Below, in pieces: positions 46,746 to 56,320 of a stretch of 64,000 nt of DNA. This DNA is from Candidatus Hydrogenedentota bacterium (lineage in GTDB: Bacteria > Hydrogenedentota > Hydrogenedentia > Hydrogenedentales > SLHB01). Position 1 is the stretch's first letter. The number at the start of each line of letters is the position of its first letter. The stretch spans positions 64,001 to 128,000 of the forward strand of contig BTVY01000007.1 of NCBI GenBank assembly GCA_045863335.1, in the 5' to 3' direction. A program made the position numbers and the translations under genes. Below the pieces are notes generated by a model, which had not been told where the DNA came from, made no database searches, and saw only the letters and a list, made by a program, of their open reading frames with translations.

Positions 46746-47579
46746 ATGATTAAGCACATTCTTGTACCTACCGACGGCAGCGAGCAAGCGGTATGTGGCG
46801 TGCGGTACGCAGTCGCGGTTGCCAAGCAGTACGGCGCTAAAATCCACGGCTTGCATGTAATTGACCTGAAACTCCTGGAAGGTCCGATTCTGCGCGACGT
46901 ATCGGCCTCCCTCGGCACGGCGCCCTACGCGAACTACGAGGGCAACATCAGCATGATCCTCGAAGAACGCGGAAAGGTCGCGCTCCAAGTATGCGAGCGG
47001 CTGGCCAAGGAATCCGGCGTGGACGTTACCGTCCAGAATGTTACCGGGCTTGTCGAGCGCACGATTCTCGAAAAGAGCGAGCTGGTCGACCTGGTCGTGA
47101 TGGGCCGTAGTGGGGAACACAGCGAGTGGCTGGAAGGCGTGCTTGGTTCAACGACGGAATCGGTGGTGCGCCGGACTACAAAGCCCGTGCTGGTAACCGG
47201 CCGGGAGACGCCCGGCAACGATCGTTTTGTCATCGCCTACGACGGCTCCACCCATGCACGGCGCGCGCTGAGCGTTGCCGCGGACGTGAGTGGCAGTTGG
47301 AAGGCTCCGCTGGACGTGCTCGTCGTGGGAAATGGAACCAAGTCGGAAGCGGCGGTAGCGGAAGCGCGCAATTACCTTGAACCTCACGAGCTTACGGTCC
47401 GTTACGTGCTGCGGGAGGGCGACCCGAGCGAGGTCATCGTTGGCTACGCCCGGGAATGCAACGCGGATTTGCTTGTGATGGGCGCCTACGGGCACACCAA
47501 AGTGCGGGCATTGGTTGTGGGAAGCACGACTGCGTACGCCATGAATCACGCGCCGTGCCCGCTCCTCCTCACCCGATAA
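46746..47579 (+). CDS. Tandem-domain universal stress protein
   Basis: ILVPTDGS, DLVVMGR.G...LGST, AYDGS, LLVMGAYGH...GSTT. Confidence 0.93.
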   Translation: MIKHILVPTDGSEQAVCGVRYAVAVAKQYGAKIHGLHVIDLKLLEGPILRDVSASLGTAPYANYEGNISMILEERGKVALQVCERLAKESGVDVTVQNVTGLVERTILEKSELVDLVVMGRSGEHSEWLEGVLGSTTESVVRRTTKPVLVTGRETPGNDRFVIAYDGSTHARRALSVAADVSGSWKAPLDVLVVGNGTKSEAAVAEARNYLEPHELTVRYVLREGDPSEVIVGYARECNADLLVMGAYGHTKVRALVVGSTTAYAMNHAPCPLLLTR

Positions 47580-47606
47580 CGGCAACACGAAGGAACGCGA
47601 ACGCAA

Positions 47607-48479
47607 ATGGAACCGATTCGGAATCTTGATCAGATTATCGAGCGCGTCGGCGATCTTCCGGCAATCCCGGAAGTGGTCGCCGAGGTGCTCAGGGCGACCG
47701 ACGATCCGTTGGTCGATATGGCGGATGTGACTGAGATCATCGAGCGGGACCCTGCGATGACGGCGAAGATACTTCGCATCAGCAATTCGCCCTACTACGG
47801 AATGAAACAGTACGTGGGCACCCTCAAACTCGCCCTGGTGATCCTGGGCGTCCGGGAAGTGCGAAACATCGTCCTCGGAGTGTCTGTATTCGACACGTTG
47901 AAGGATGGAAAGCACAACAAGCTGATACCCGATTCGTTTTGGAACCACTCCTTTCTCGTCGGTGGTCTGTCGAAACAATTGGCGACCACCATGCGCCTGG
48001 GCATGCACGGTGAAGCCTTCATCTGCGGGCTCTTGCACGATATGGGCAAACTCGTCTTGCTCCGGCAAATGTCGACGCCGTATGCGAAGCTGCTGGAATC
48101 GGCGCGGGAACGCCCGGAGTCGCTCTGCGAAGCCGAAGTCTCCCAGTATGGGTTCACCCATGCCGACGCGGCGGCCGCGCTCGCCGAGCGGTGGAACTTC
48201 CCGAAGACCCTTGCCGACGCGATCCATCTCCACCATCCGGCCCGCGATACGGCACTGAGCACCGCAAAGGACCCCAAGCTCGCCGCCATCGTAAGGCTTG
48301 CCAACGTTGCCGTGCACGAGGATCTGGATGAAGCGGATGGTCCTTCCGCGGCAACGTCGGACAGCGAGATCTGGACCGTCCTCAGCGCCTCGCCGGCTCC
48401 AATCGATGCTGCCGATCGCCGCAAGGTATTGGCGGAAATGATCGAGGAACTGAAAGGCAATCCGACGCCCCAGTTCTGA
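47607..48479 (+). CDS. Stand-alone HDOD domain protein
   Basis: LPAIP, DPAMTAKILRISNSPYYG, FWNHS, GLLHDMGKL, WNFP. Confidence 0.93.
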   Translation: MEPIRNLDQIIERVGDLPAIPEVVAEVLRATDDPLVDMADVTEIIERDPAMTAKILRISNSPYYGMKQYVGTLKLALVILGVREVRNIVLGVSVFDTLKDGKHNKLIPDSFWNHSFLVGGLSKQLATTMRLGMHGEAFICGLLHDMGKLVLLRQMSTPYAKLLESARERPESLCEAEVSQYGFTHADAAAALAERWNFPKTLADAIHLHHPARDTALSTAKDPKLAAIVRLANVAVHEDLDEADGPSAATSDSEIWTVLSASPAPIDAADRRKVLAEMIEELKGNPTPQF

Positions 48480-48548
48480 CGGTTGAACACCAAGCATTCG
48501 GCCCTCCACTTCACGGTGCGCGGGGTCTTCAGGAGTCAGTACACCACC

Positions 48549-48809
48549 ATGGCAAAGAAGGAACGAATTCCAATCCAACGCTCGGACGGCTTGGAATCGA
48601 TTGATTTGGAACTGGACGAAGCGCTTGGCAGATTGGACGGCGCCAACGAGCGGATCGTGAACCTGTTGCAGTCTATCGAAACGGCAAATGCCGCCGACGA
48701 GACGAAGGTTTATGCGGAAGAAGGCGACGACGACGAGGAGCATGTCGAACCGGCGGCAAACGAACCGCCGGAGTCGTCGGATGAGAACGCCCGAACTCCC
48801 GCTGAATGA
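48549..48809 (+). CDS. Small acidic hypothetical protein
   Basis: Coiled-coil-like N-half, D/E-rich tail, AGGAG upstream. Confidence 0.6.
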   Translation: MAKKERIPIQRSDGLESIDLELDEALGRLDGANERIVNLLQSIETANAADETKVYAEEGDDDEEHVEPAANEPPESSDENARTPAE

Positions 48810-48882
48810 GGTTGCGATCCTGAGCGCTCGATTCCCCCGCGGGCGTGTCGATTCGCGGAGGAACCACCGCGTCCCGTTATCC

Positions 48883-48938
48883 AAATCGGGATCGATATCG
48901 AAGCATGTTCCCGATGCCGATTTCGATGTTGATTTTGA
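48883..48938. repeat. 6-bp-period inverted repeat (ATCGnn)n...(nnCGAT)n
   Basis: ATCGGG ATCGAT ATCGAA then CCCGAT GCCGAT TTCGAT GTTGAT. Confidence 0.55.
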
Positions 48939-48995
48939 CACGGGCAAATGCGCAGCAGCCAATCGGAACAATCGGCCAATTGCGCTCAGTTGGCA

Positions 48996-50207
48996 ATGAG
49001 CGGCGAGACGCACGTAGTGACCATCCCTATTGACACTGCACCCGCCGAGAACGGCGCACTCAAGATTCTTATGACCGATCCCCATCTCAAAGGCGGGGGG
49101 CAGGTGCGCTACGTCGTCAATCTTTCCCGGGAACTGGTGCGGTTGGGACACCAGGTGACTATCGGCTGCAAGCCGGACAGCGTACTTGCCGAGGGCGCTC
49201 GCGACGCGGGATGCGGCGTCTTGAACGAATTCAGTTACCGCGGCGGGCTGCGCCCACGCTGCTGGCTGCGCGATATCGCACGAGCACGGCGGTTCATAGC
49301 CGAAGCAAAGCCCGACATTCTTCATGCCAACGGATCGCAGGACCATTGGGTCAGCGCGGTGGCCAACCGGCTCGACGGGTTCCCCGCGACCATGGTGCGA
49401 ACGCGCCACAATACGTACGCGGTCAGCGAAAGCTGGGCAAACGGGACGCTCAATCGCGCGTGGACGGACTACCAGATCGCCGTGTGCGAAGCCGTATTCG
49501 AACTCCGGGCGACCCGGCCGGTGTTCGACGCGACGCGCATGTGCGCGATTCACAATGGCGTCGACCCAGACGCGTTCAAACCGAACCCGGAAACGCGGCG
49601 GCGAATGCGTGGCGCGTTTGGATTCGACGAGGACCAGGTGGTGCTTGGCATGGCCGCACGGCTGACCGAAGCGAAGGGACATCAATTCCTGTTTCGCGCG
49701 GTTACGGGATTGAAAGCGCGGCACCCGGCACTCCGGCTCCTGATTCTCGGACAAGGCGATCTCGAGAGTCACCTCAAGCGCCTTGCCGGCGAACTGGGAA
49801 TCGCCGACATTACGACCTTCGCCGGTTTCCGCACTGATATTGCAAACTGCGTGCAGGCTTTCGATGTCGGTGTACAACCGTCCATCGACTGCGAGGCGTC
49901 CTCCTTCAGCGTAATGGAACAGATGGCGACCGAGGTGCCCATGGTAGCTTCCGACCACGGCGGCACCAAGGAGATCGTGCGCGACGGCCAGGACGGCTAC
50001 ATCGTCCCGCAGGGGACGGTGGAGCCGCTCGCAGAAGCGCTTGAGAAACTGATGGCCGATCCCGCCCTGCGAAAACAAATGGGGGTCTCCGCGCGGCAAC
50101 GGATCGCCGAGGAATTCACGCTGACCAAACTCGCCGAACGAACGGTCGCCGCATACCGGCGCGCCCTCGATGTACACGGCGCGCGGCGCCACAATGTTGT
50201 GCCGTGA
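48996..50207 (+). CDS. Glycosyltransferase family 4
   Basis: GGGQ, IHNGVD, ARL...KG, PS..CEASSFSVMEQMA, GG..EIV. Confidence 0.92.
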   Translation: MSGETHVVTIPIDTAPAENGALKILMTDPHLKGGGQVRYVVNLSRELVRLGHQVTIGCKPDSVLAEGARDAGCGVLNEFSYRGGLRPRCWLRDIARARRFIAEAKPDILHANGSQDHWVSAVANRLDGFPATMVRTRHNTYAVSESWANGTLNRAWTDYQIAVCEAVFELRATRPVFDATRMCAIHNGVDPDAFKPNPETRRRMRGAFGFDEDQVVLGMAARLTEAKGHQFLFRAVTGLKARHPALRLLILGQGDLESHLKRLAGELGIADITTFAGFRTDIANCVQAFDVGVQPSIDCEASSFSVMEQMATEVPMVASDHGGTKEIVRDGQDGYIVPQGTVEPLAEALEKLMADPALRKQMGVSARQRIAEEFTLTKLAERTVAAYRRALDVHGARRHNVVP

Positions 50208-50290
50208 TAACGCGCGTGCAATTCCACCGGGCCAATCGAAACGCTCCTGCCAAATCGGTAACGCCGTCGCGTCATTGCGCGATGGCGGAC

Positions 50291-50346
50291 TTGTGGTGCA
50301 GGCTTCCAACCTGCGCAGGTCGCCGGGCTGGAAGCCTGCACCACAA
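50291..50346. repeat. REP-like palindrome
   Basis: Perfect 18-bp inverted repeat TTGTGGTGCAGGCTTCCA / TGGAAGCCTGCACCACAA. Confidence 0.75.
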
Positions 50347-50421
50347 TGCTCACAACGCCGGAATCAGTAGTGAGACCGGTTCACGGAGACAAGGGATGAA
50401 CCCTCCGAAAGGACACTGCGC

Positions 50422-51507
50422 GTGAGGATTCTCCACATCGACGAGCAGCGGGGCTGGCGGGGCGGCGAGCAACAGGCGAGTTATCTCATTCGCGGGCTCG
50501 TTGAAAGAGGCCATGATTGCGCCATCGCGGGCCGCACAGGGAGCGCCTTTGTCACTGCCGACCACGGACCTGGGTTGTTCGAAATCGTGGAAGCGCCCTT
50601 CCGTGGCGAGGCCGACCTTTGGACCGCATTCAAACTTTCGCGCGCCGTGCGCCGCCTGGACATCGACATCCTGCACGCACACACGAGCCACGCGCTGACG
50701 TACGCCGTGCTCGCGCGGAAATTGGCGGGGCGGGGTAAGGTGGTCGCATCGCGCCGGGTGGACTTTCCTCCGCGGCAGAACGCCTTCAGCCGATGGAAGT
50801 ACGGCGCGGCCGACCACATCATCGCCATCTCCGGGAAGATTGCGGAAGTCATGCGGACGTTCGGCGTGCCTGAGTCCCGGCTCAGCGTGGTCTACAGCGG
50901 GATCGACCCGGCACGGCTCGACGTGCCGCCGCTGTCGCGCTCGTCGCTGGGCGTTCCAGAAGGGGTTCCCCTGCTGGGCAATGTGGCGGCGTTGGTGGGG
51001 CATAAGGATCACCAGACCCTGATCGCCGCCATGGCCGAAGTCCTGCGCGCCGTACCCGAGGCACATCTGGTTGTCGCGGGCGAGGGCCCCCTGCGGCCCG
51101 AATTGGAACGGCAGATTGCGGGGTTGAATCTCGGCCACGCCGTACACCTGCTTGGGTTCAGGAATGATGTGCCGGCGATTTTGAAAGCGCTCGACGTCTT
51201 TGTCATGTCCAGCAAGGAAGAAGGCCTGGGCACCTCCGTACTCGACGCCATGGCCGCCGGCGTTCCCGTGGTCGCCACCGCCGCCGGCGGGATTCCCGAA
51301 ATGGTGCGGGACCGGTCGACGGGGCTGCTGGCAACAGCGCGCAACCCGCGGCAGTTGGCGGATCAAGTCATCGAGATGGTCCGCGATTGCCGGCTGGCCG
51401 AGCGGTTGCGCGAGAACGCATTGACGCTCGTGTACGATCGTTTTACAACCAGTGCCATGGTCGCGGGGAATTCCGAGGTGTACGAAAATGTGGTGCGAAG
51501 CGGGTAG
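50422..51507 (+). CDS. Glycosyltransferase family 4
   Basis: WRGGEQQ, SRRVDF, HKDH, EGLGTSVLDAMAAG.P, GGIPE. Confidence 0.93.
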   Translation: MRILHIDEQRGWRGGEQQASYLIRGLVERGHDCAIAGRTGSAFVTADHGPGLFEIVEAPFRGEADLWTAFKLSRAVRRLDIDILHAHTSHALTYAVLARKLAGRGKVVASRRVDFPPRQNAFSRWKYGAADHIIAISGKIAEVMRTFGVPESRLSVVYSGIDPARLDVPPLSRSSLGVPEGVPLLGNVAALVGHKDHQTLIAAMAEVLRAVPEAHLVVAGEGPLRPELERQIAGLNLGHAVHLLGFRNDVPAILKALDVFVMSSKEEGLGTSVLDAMAAGVPVVATAAGGIPEMVRDRSTGLLATARNPRQLADQVIEMVRDCRLAERLRENALTLVYDRFTTSAMVAGNSEVYENVVRSG

Positions 51508-51634
51508 CCGCTCCAAGTCCAGTACGTGGCCGGGGACGGGATGCCGGTGAACCGAGCATCAGCCGGGCCAGGGTTTCGCGATGGAAGCTTCATTAAAACG
51601 AGGCGTGCTCGCTTACCCGTGCAAGCGAACCAAC

Positions 51635-51663
51635 TTGCAAAGATCCGGAAACTTACCTATACT
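51635..51663 (+). promoter_or_regulatory. Sigma70-type promoter
   Basis: TTGCAA-17 nt-TATACT, about 140 nt upstream of the small lipoprotein gene. Confidence 0.6.
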
Positions 51664-51804
51664 GAACCTCGTTTCGTCAGGACATGAATGAGCCTGCAAG
51701 GCTCGCAAGGTCGCTGATGGCGATTCTCAACCGGTTAGACTTTTTCGATGCGTTTAACAACAGCTCCCCGTCCGGTGCGGGGGCCTATTATTCAGGAGGT
51801 GAAT

Positions 51805-52017
51805 ATGTTGAAGAAAATGGTGTTGGGGCTGTGTTCGGTATTGTTGGTGTTCGGCGCTGCCGGTTGTGGCGGCTCGGAGGGTGAAGCTGGCCGTACAAAC
51901 GCGCTCGAGGAAGCCGACAGCCGGCCGGGTCGCGGCCTGAGCAGGGGCGAGCGCGAGCAGCTCGAAGAAGCGCGGCAGGAAGCGCAGCAGGCGCAGGAAG
52001 CCGGCGCAACCGAGTAA
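51805..52017 (+). CDS. Small lipoprotein
   Basis: AGGAGGTG RBS; MLKK-hydrophobic-AAGC lipobox; charged helical tail. Confidence 0.8.
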   Translation: MLKKMVLGLCSVLLVFGAAGCGGSEGEAGRTNALEEADSRPGRGLSRGEREQLEEARQEAQQAQEAGATE

Positions 52018-52161
52018 GCGTTACCCAGGCATGGCAGATTCATCGCCGTGCCTGATCGGCCGTCGCGCGGCGCGTTCTGGTGCCGAACTACGAAATGTAT
52101 TTGGTAATCCCCGGACTCATATGACGGCCACGGGTGCGTCTCGCGTCCGGCACGAGTGAAC

Positions 52162-52207
52162 GCAGGGGGTTCGTCTGGTGCAACCCAGGGAGCCCCCTGT
52201 GCTTTTA
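52162..52207 (+). terminator. Putative intrinsic terminator
   Basis: GCAGGGGGTTC...GAGCCCCCTGT stem followed by GCTTTTA. Confidence 0.5.
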
Positions 52208-52583
52208 TGCCCTATCCCCTGCACTCCGTCTGCCAAGTCCTTGCACCGATATTGGGAAGGCACCCACCCGTCTTGAATCCGGATTCCTCATCGTCTCATG
52301 GCACGCGGGGACATGTCGAACCATGTTAGTGCTGTGAGAAACGCGCGTTAAGTACCTCATCGAGGCAAGGTGAATCGCAGTTCTTCTTGCCGAAGAATCA
52401 CAGCGGAACGACAGGGAGACCGGACTGCCTTCCCCGTCCACGGGAGGGGTGACGTCAACGAAATCCTCGACAAGGCGATTTCGGAACGACGCCAAAGACT
52501 TTCCAGATGGTAGCACCCGTGGGGAAGTGGCCAAGCTTACGTTCACGCAATCATTTCGAAAGCTGGCGCCGCGACGCGCCTTA

Positions 52584-52620
52584 CAAAAAGAATCTGGGGC
52601 TCTCTTTCGAGAGCCCCAGA
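52584..52620 (-). terminator. Intrinsic terminator of second DUF1559 gene
   Basis: Perfect 12-bp stem with GAAA loop on the minus strand, followed by UUCUUUUUG. Confidence 0.85.
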
Positions 52621-52694
52621 GATCTTCAGTTCACCTTGAATCCGTTACGTGCGGGCACTTGCGAGAAGTCCGCGCATCGCACGAACCACTCGGT

Positions 52695-53714
52695 TTACCA
52701 CGAGGAGTTGTTCATATTCTCGGGCGTAAGGAACCAGGTCCGCGTGGCCAGTTCACCCGGGTACCGGATGAATTCGACGTGGCCGTCCATGAACAGGACG
52801 TTCACACCACCCGGAATGTGGTTGAACTCGTACGCTTCATCGGTCGCGCCCGTCACGGGATCGTAACCATCGACGAATGCTTCGTCACGCAGCAACAGAA
52901 TGTCGGACTGGGCTTTCGCCGAGCCGGCAGGATTGTTGATGTCGGTGATCATGAAGCGCTCGACGCCTTCACGCATGTTGAAGAGCGTCCATTCACCGGT
53001 CGACGTGACTACTTCTTCGATGTCGTCGCCACCATCTTCGTGGGTGCGATCGTAGAACGCATCCGAAAGGATCGCGAGGTCATCAAACGCATCGACTTTG
53101 TCCGTCGACATGGCCGTCGGCGGAACTACGACACCGGTGTAGCAGTAGGTGTCATAGAAGAAGCTGGGGGCGCACACGCCGGCGGCCAGCGCTTCACCAC
53201 CAGGGGCGCAGCTCTGATCCGGCTTAGCTTGACCGTCGGAACCAACCACGTCGTCCTGAGCGTTACCACCCGACTCAGCGCCGAGGACATCGAACATGCG
53301 CTGACCAAGGGACTTCAGGCGGAAATGGTTGCTGTTACGCCACGTGGAGTGAACGCCGCGCATTTCGACGTAGTCGTAGCTCTGACCTTCACCCGGAGGA
53401 GTGGAGGGGCAGTCATGCAGATTGTAGTCGGTGTTGTATTCCGGATAGATTTCGACCCAGCTGATGTTGCTCCACCAGCGGACGTCCGTATACGGACGAC
53501 GATAGTCCTGATACGGCTGCGGGTATTTCTCGCCAGTGCTCTCGTTGGCGAACATCTTGATGACCAGACCCAACTGCTTCAGGTTGTTCTGGCAGCTCGC
53601 ACGACGGGCGGCCTCACGGGCGCGCGCCAGTGCCGGCAACAAGATCGCCGCAAGAATACCGATGATCGCGATCACGACCAGCAGCTCGATAAGCGTAAAG
53701 CCTTTTTTCTTCAT
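52695..53714 (-). CDS. DUF1559 prepilin-type N-terminal cleavage/methylation and H-X9-DG domain protein
   Basis: KKG^[38 protein letters not shown]; AGGAG RBS. Confidence 0.93.
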   Translation of the reverse strand: MKKKGFTLIELLVVIAIIGILAAILLPALARAREAARRASCQNNLKQLGLVIKMFANESTGEKYPQPYQDYRRPYTDVRWWSNISWVEIYPEYNTDYNLHDCPSTPPGEGQSYDYVEMRGVHSTWRNSNHFRLKSLGQRMFDVLGAESGGNAQDDVVGSDGQAKPDQSCAPGGEALAAGVCAPSFFYDTYCYTGVVVPPTAMSTDKVDAFDDLAILSDAFYDRTHEDGGDDIEEVVTSTGEWTLFNMREGVERFMITDINNPAGSAKAQSDILLLRDEAFVDGYDPVTGATDEAYEFNHIPGGVNVLFMDGHVEFIRYPGELATRTWFLTPENMNNSSW

Positions 53715-54003
53715 GAGAGAAGTTCTCCTGAGTTACTTAGAGTATTGGCTATGAAGCACAATAATGCCGTTTGTTTGGAAAAAACAATTCCGAGGGATAC
53801 GATTCTGACTGATTGGAAAAGGAAATCACCGAAGCTCGTTTACCCCGATATATCCCTTTCCCTTGCAACACCTCCTTCCCTGACACAAGTGGCAAGTTTG
53901 CACGAGGAAAGCGTCGGATTACACCGAATGACGGAATGCACCTCGCGCCATTTGCGTCACTGTTCAGCCCTTAACAGAAGGATTATAACTCCGTCGTGCT
54001 TTT

Positions 54004-54032
54004 ACTCTAGGGTATGGGAGTCGGATTGTCAA
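54004..54032 (-). promoter_or_regulatory. Sigma70-type promoter of second DUF1559 gene
   Basis: Minus strand TTGACA-17 nt-TAGAGT, implying a leader of about 280 nt. Confidence 0.6.
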
Positions 54033-54211
54033 GTCCTTTTTTTGCCCTCTCATGCTCCGTTTTGGTTATTTCACCGCCGCGATCCTTGACCCGCAATGGG
54101 GGATATCCGTATATATGAACGGATTGGCTGAACCCATCATCTCCGCGACTGTGCGTCTTGCGGGTGCTGCGTGGCGGGCCAGCAACGGCCAACGGAACTA
54201 GCAATACAACA

Positions 54212-56107
54212 ATGAGTTACGTACGGATTGATAGCGTCTCCAAATCCTTCGCGGGCGAATGCGTGCTGCGAGAGGTCAATTTCCGCGTCGAAGAGGGCGA
54301 CAAGATCGGGCTTATCGGCCGCAATGGCACGGGAAAGAGTACCCTTTTCCGGCTTATCCTCGGTGAGTTTGAGCCGGATTCAGGCACGATCGAACGCATG
54401 AAGCGGGCGCGCGTCGCCTGTCTCGCCCAGTTGCCGGTCTTGAACCCGGGCGACACGCTATTTGACGTGGTCATGCACTCCTTTCGCGAGCTGCTTGACC
54501 TGGAGCATCAACTGCGCGCCATGGAAGACCGGCTAGCCCAGGGCGACAACGGTGTGATGGACAGGTACAGCGCCTTGCAAGAGACCTTCCAGGTGCGGGG
54601 CGGCTATGAGTTCCGCACGAATGCGAAGCGGGTGCTGCACGGACTCGGATTCACCATCGAGGATTTCGATCTTCACGTGTCTGCGTTGAGCGGGGGCCAG
54701 CGCACGCGACTCATGCTGGCCCTGGTGCTGTTGCAGGACGCGGACCTCCTCCTTCTCGACGAACCGGAGAACCACTTGGATCTCGAAGCACGGGAGTGGC
54801 TCGAGTCGTTCCTGAAGGATTGGCCGCGGGCCTTTGCAATCATCTCGCACGACCGCCAGATGCTGAACGCCGTCACCAACCGCATCGTGGAAATCGAACG
54901 CGGCGAACTGCGGGGGTTCACGGGCAATTACGACGCCTACATGGCGAACAAGGCGTTGGTACAGGAGCAGCAGCAGAAAGCCTTCGAGCGGCAGCAGGAG
55001 TTCGTCGAGAAGGAAGAGCGCTGGATCAACCGGTTCCGCTACAAGGCATCCAAGGCGTCGCAGGTCCAAAGCCGGATTAAGCGCCTCGACAAGCTGGCAC
55101 GGGTTGATGCGCCGGACAGCGAGGTCTCATCCGCGCGGTTCTCCCTCGGCGAGGTGGTGCGGAGCGGTGCGGTCGTATTGGAGGCGAAGGGACTGTCCAA
55201 GGCCTACGGCGACCTGCGGCTGTACGAGAACGTGGCGTTTCAGGTTGAGCGCGGCGAACGGGTAGGCATCATCGGCCCCAACGGAGCGGGCAAGACCACA
55301 TTGTTGCGGCATATCGCGGGCGAACTGGACGCGTGCGCGGGAGCGGTGACGCTGGGGCACAAGGTGCGGCTGGGGTTCTACGATCAGCATCACGAAGGCA
55401 TGAACCCCGCTGGCGACATCTTCAGCGAGATCGGCCAGGTCCGGACGGACATGACGCCGGAGAAGGTCCGCACCTTTCTCGGCCGCTTTCTGTTCACGGG
55501 CGAAGACGTGTTCAAACCCATCGCGGCCTTGAGCGGCGGCGAACGCAGCCGGGTGGCCATCGCCAAGTTGATCCTGGAAGGGGCGAATGTGCTGCTGCTC
55601 GACGAGCCAACGAACCATCTGGACATCGCGTCGCGTGAGGCATTGGAATCGGCCCTGGAGGAGTTCCCGGGCAGCATCCTGATGGTGTCCCATGACCGGG
55701 CCCTCATCGACCGGCTCGTAACGAAGCTGGTTATCCTGGAGCATGGGCATACCCGCGTGCATCTGGGCAATTACTCCCACTACAAGTGGAAGCGCGCGGA
55801 AACTGAGTCGACCGCGGAACGCAAATCGACCGGCGAAGTGTTAAAAATCCGGCGCGGCAAGAAACCGCCGCGGGACAAGGCCGCCCAAAAGGAACGGCGC
55901 AAGCAACGGAACCAGCTCGAAGATATCGAACGGGACATCGCGGAAATCGAAGAGATGATTACCGCCATCGAAGGCCGTTTCCCAACGCTGGACCCCGCCG
56001 ACTTCCAAGCGCTCCAGGATCTCACCGCCGAATACGAGGGCCTGAAGAAAGACCTGGGCGATATGTACCAGGAATGGGAACGCCTCGCGGGGGAGTTGGC
56101 GGAGTAG
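54212..56107 (+). CDS. ABC-F family ATP-binding protein (Uup/YdiF-like)
   Basis: Two ABC domains (GRNGTGKST/LSGGQ/LLLDEP; GPNGAGKTT/LSGGE), no TM helices, C-terminal coiled coil. Confidence 0.95.
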   Translation: MSYVRIDSVSKSFAGECVLREVNFRVEEGDKIGLIGRNGTGKSTLFRLILGEFEPDSGTIERMKRARVACLAQLPVLNPGDTLFDVVMHSFRELLDLEHQLRAMEDRLAQGDNGVMDRYSALQETFQVRGGYEFRTNAKRVLHGLGFTIEDFDLHVSALSGGQRTRLMLALVLLQDADLLLLDEPENHLDLEAREWLESFLKDWPRAFAIISHDRQMLNAVTNRIVEIERGELRGFTGNYDAYMANKALVQEQQQKAFERQQEFVEKEERWINRFRYKASKASQVQSRIKRLDKLARVDAPDSEVSSARFSLGEVVRSGAVVLEAKGLSKAYGDLRLYENVAFQVERGERVGIIGPNGAGKTTLLRHIAGELDACAGAVTLGHKVRLGFYDQHHEGMNPAGDIFSEIGQVRTDMTPEKVRTFLGRFLFTGEDVFKPIAALSGGERSRVAIAKLILEGANVLLLDEPTNHLDIASREALESALEEFPGSILMVSHDRALIDRLVTKLVILEHGHTRVHLGNYSHYKWKRAETESTAERKSTGEVLKIRRGKKPPRDKAAQKERRKQRNQLEDIERDIAEIEEMITAIEGRFPTLDPADFQALQDLTAEYEGLKKDLGDMYQEWERLAGELAE

Positions 56108-56123
56108 ATTTCGTGGCATGAGC

Positions 56124-56246
56124 TATGGACGGCATGGACCGTCTGGACGCTATGGACGAAACAGATGCGGGTTCGCGGAACCGCGGTCGTATGTGAATCC
56201 ATAGAACGTTCGAGTCTGACGGGTCCTTATCGTCCATAATGTCCAT
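56124..56246. repeat. 9-bp-period inverted tandem repeats (TGGAC...GTCCA)
   Basis: ATGGAC/CTGGAC at 56125, 56134, 56143, 56152; GTCC at 56223, 56232, 56241. Confidence 0.6.
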
Positions 56247-56320
56247 CCCCCCGAAGTAAATGCGAAGAACCATGCATACCCGCGATAAGAGTATAATCGT
56301 TTGTCCCCCAACGTTCCGGA

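Noticed and set aside
47148-50309. 1053-aa antisense ORF spanning four genes
   Set aside because: usp, HDOD, the acidic ORF and GT4 all start in the same frame (each start coordinate is divisible by 3), so their GC-rich antisense shadows join up; no recognisable domains.
52215-52311. 6S-RNA-like words (TCCCCTGC...CCGATATT...CACCCACC...GGCACGCGGGGA)
   Set aside because: About 97 nt, roughly half the usual 6S length, and the central stems do not pair; not called without an Rfam search.
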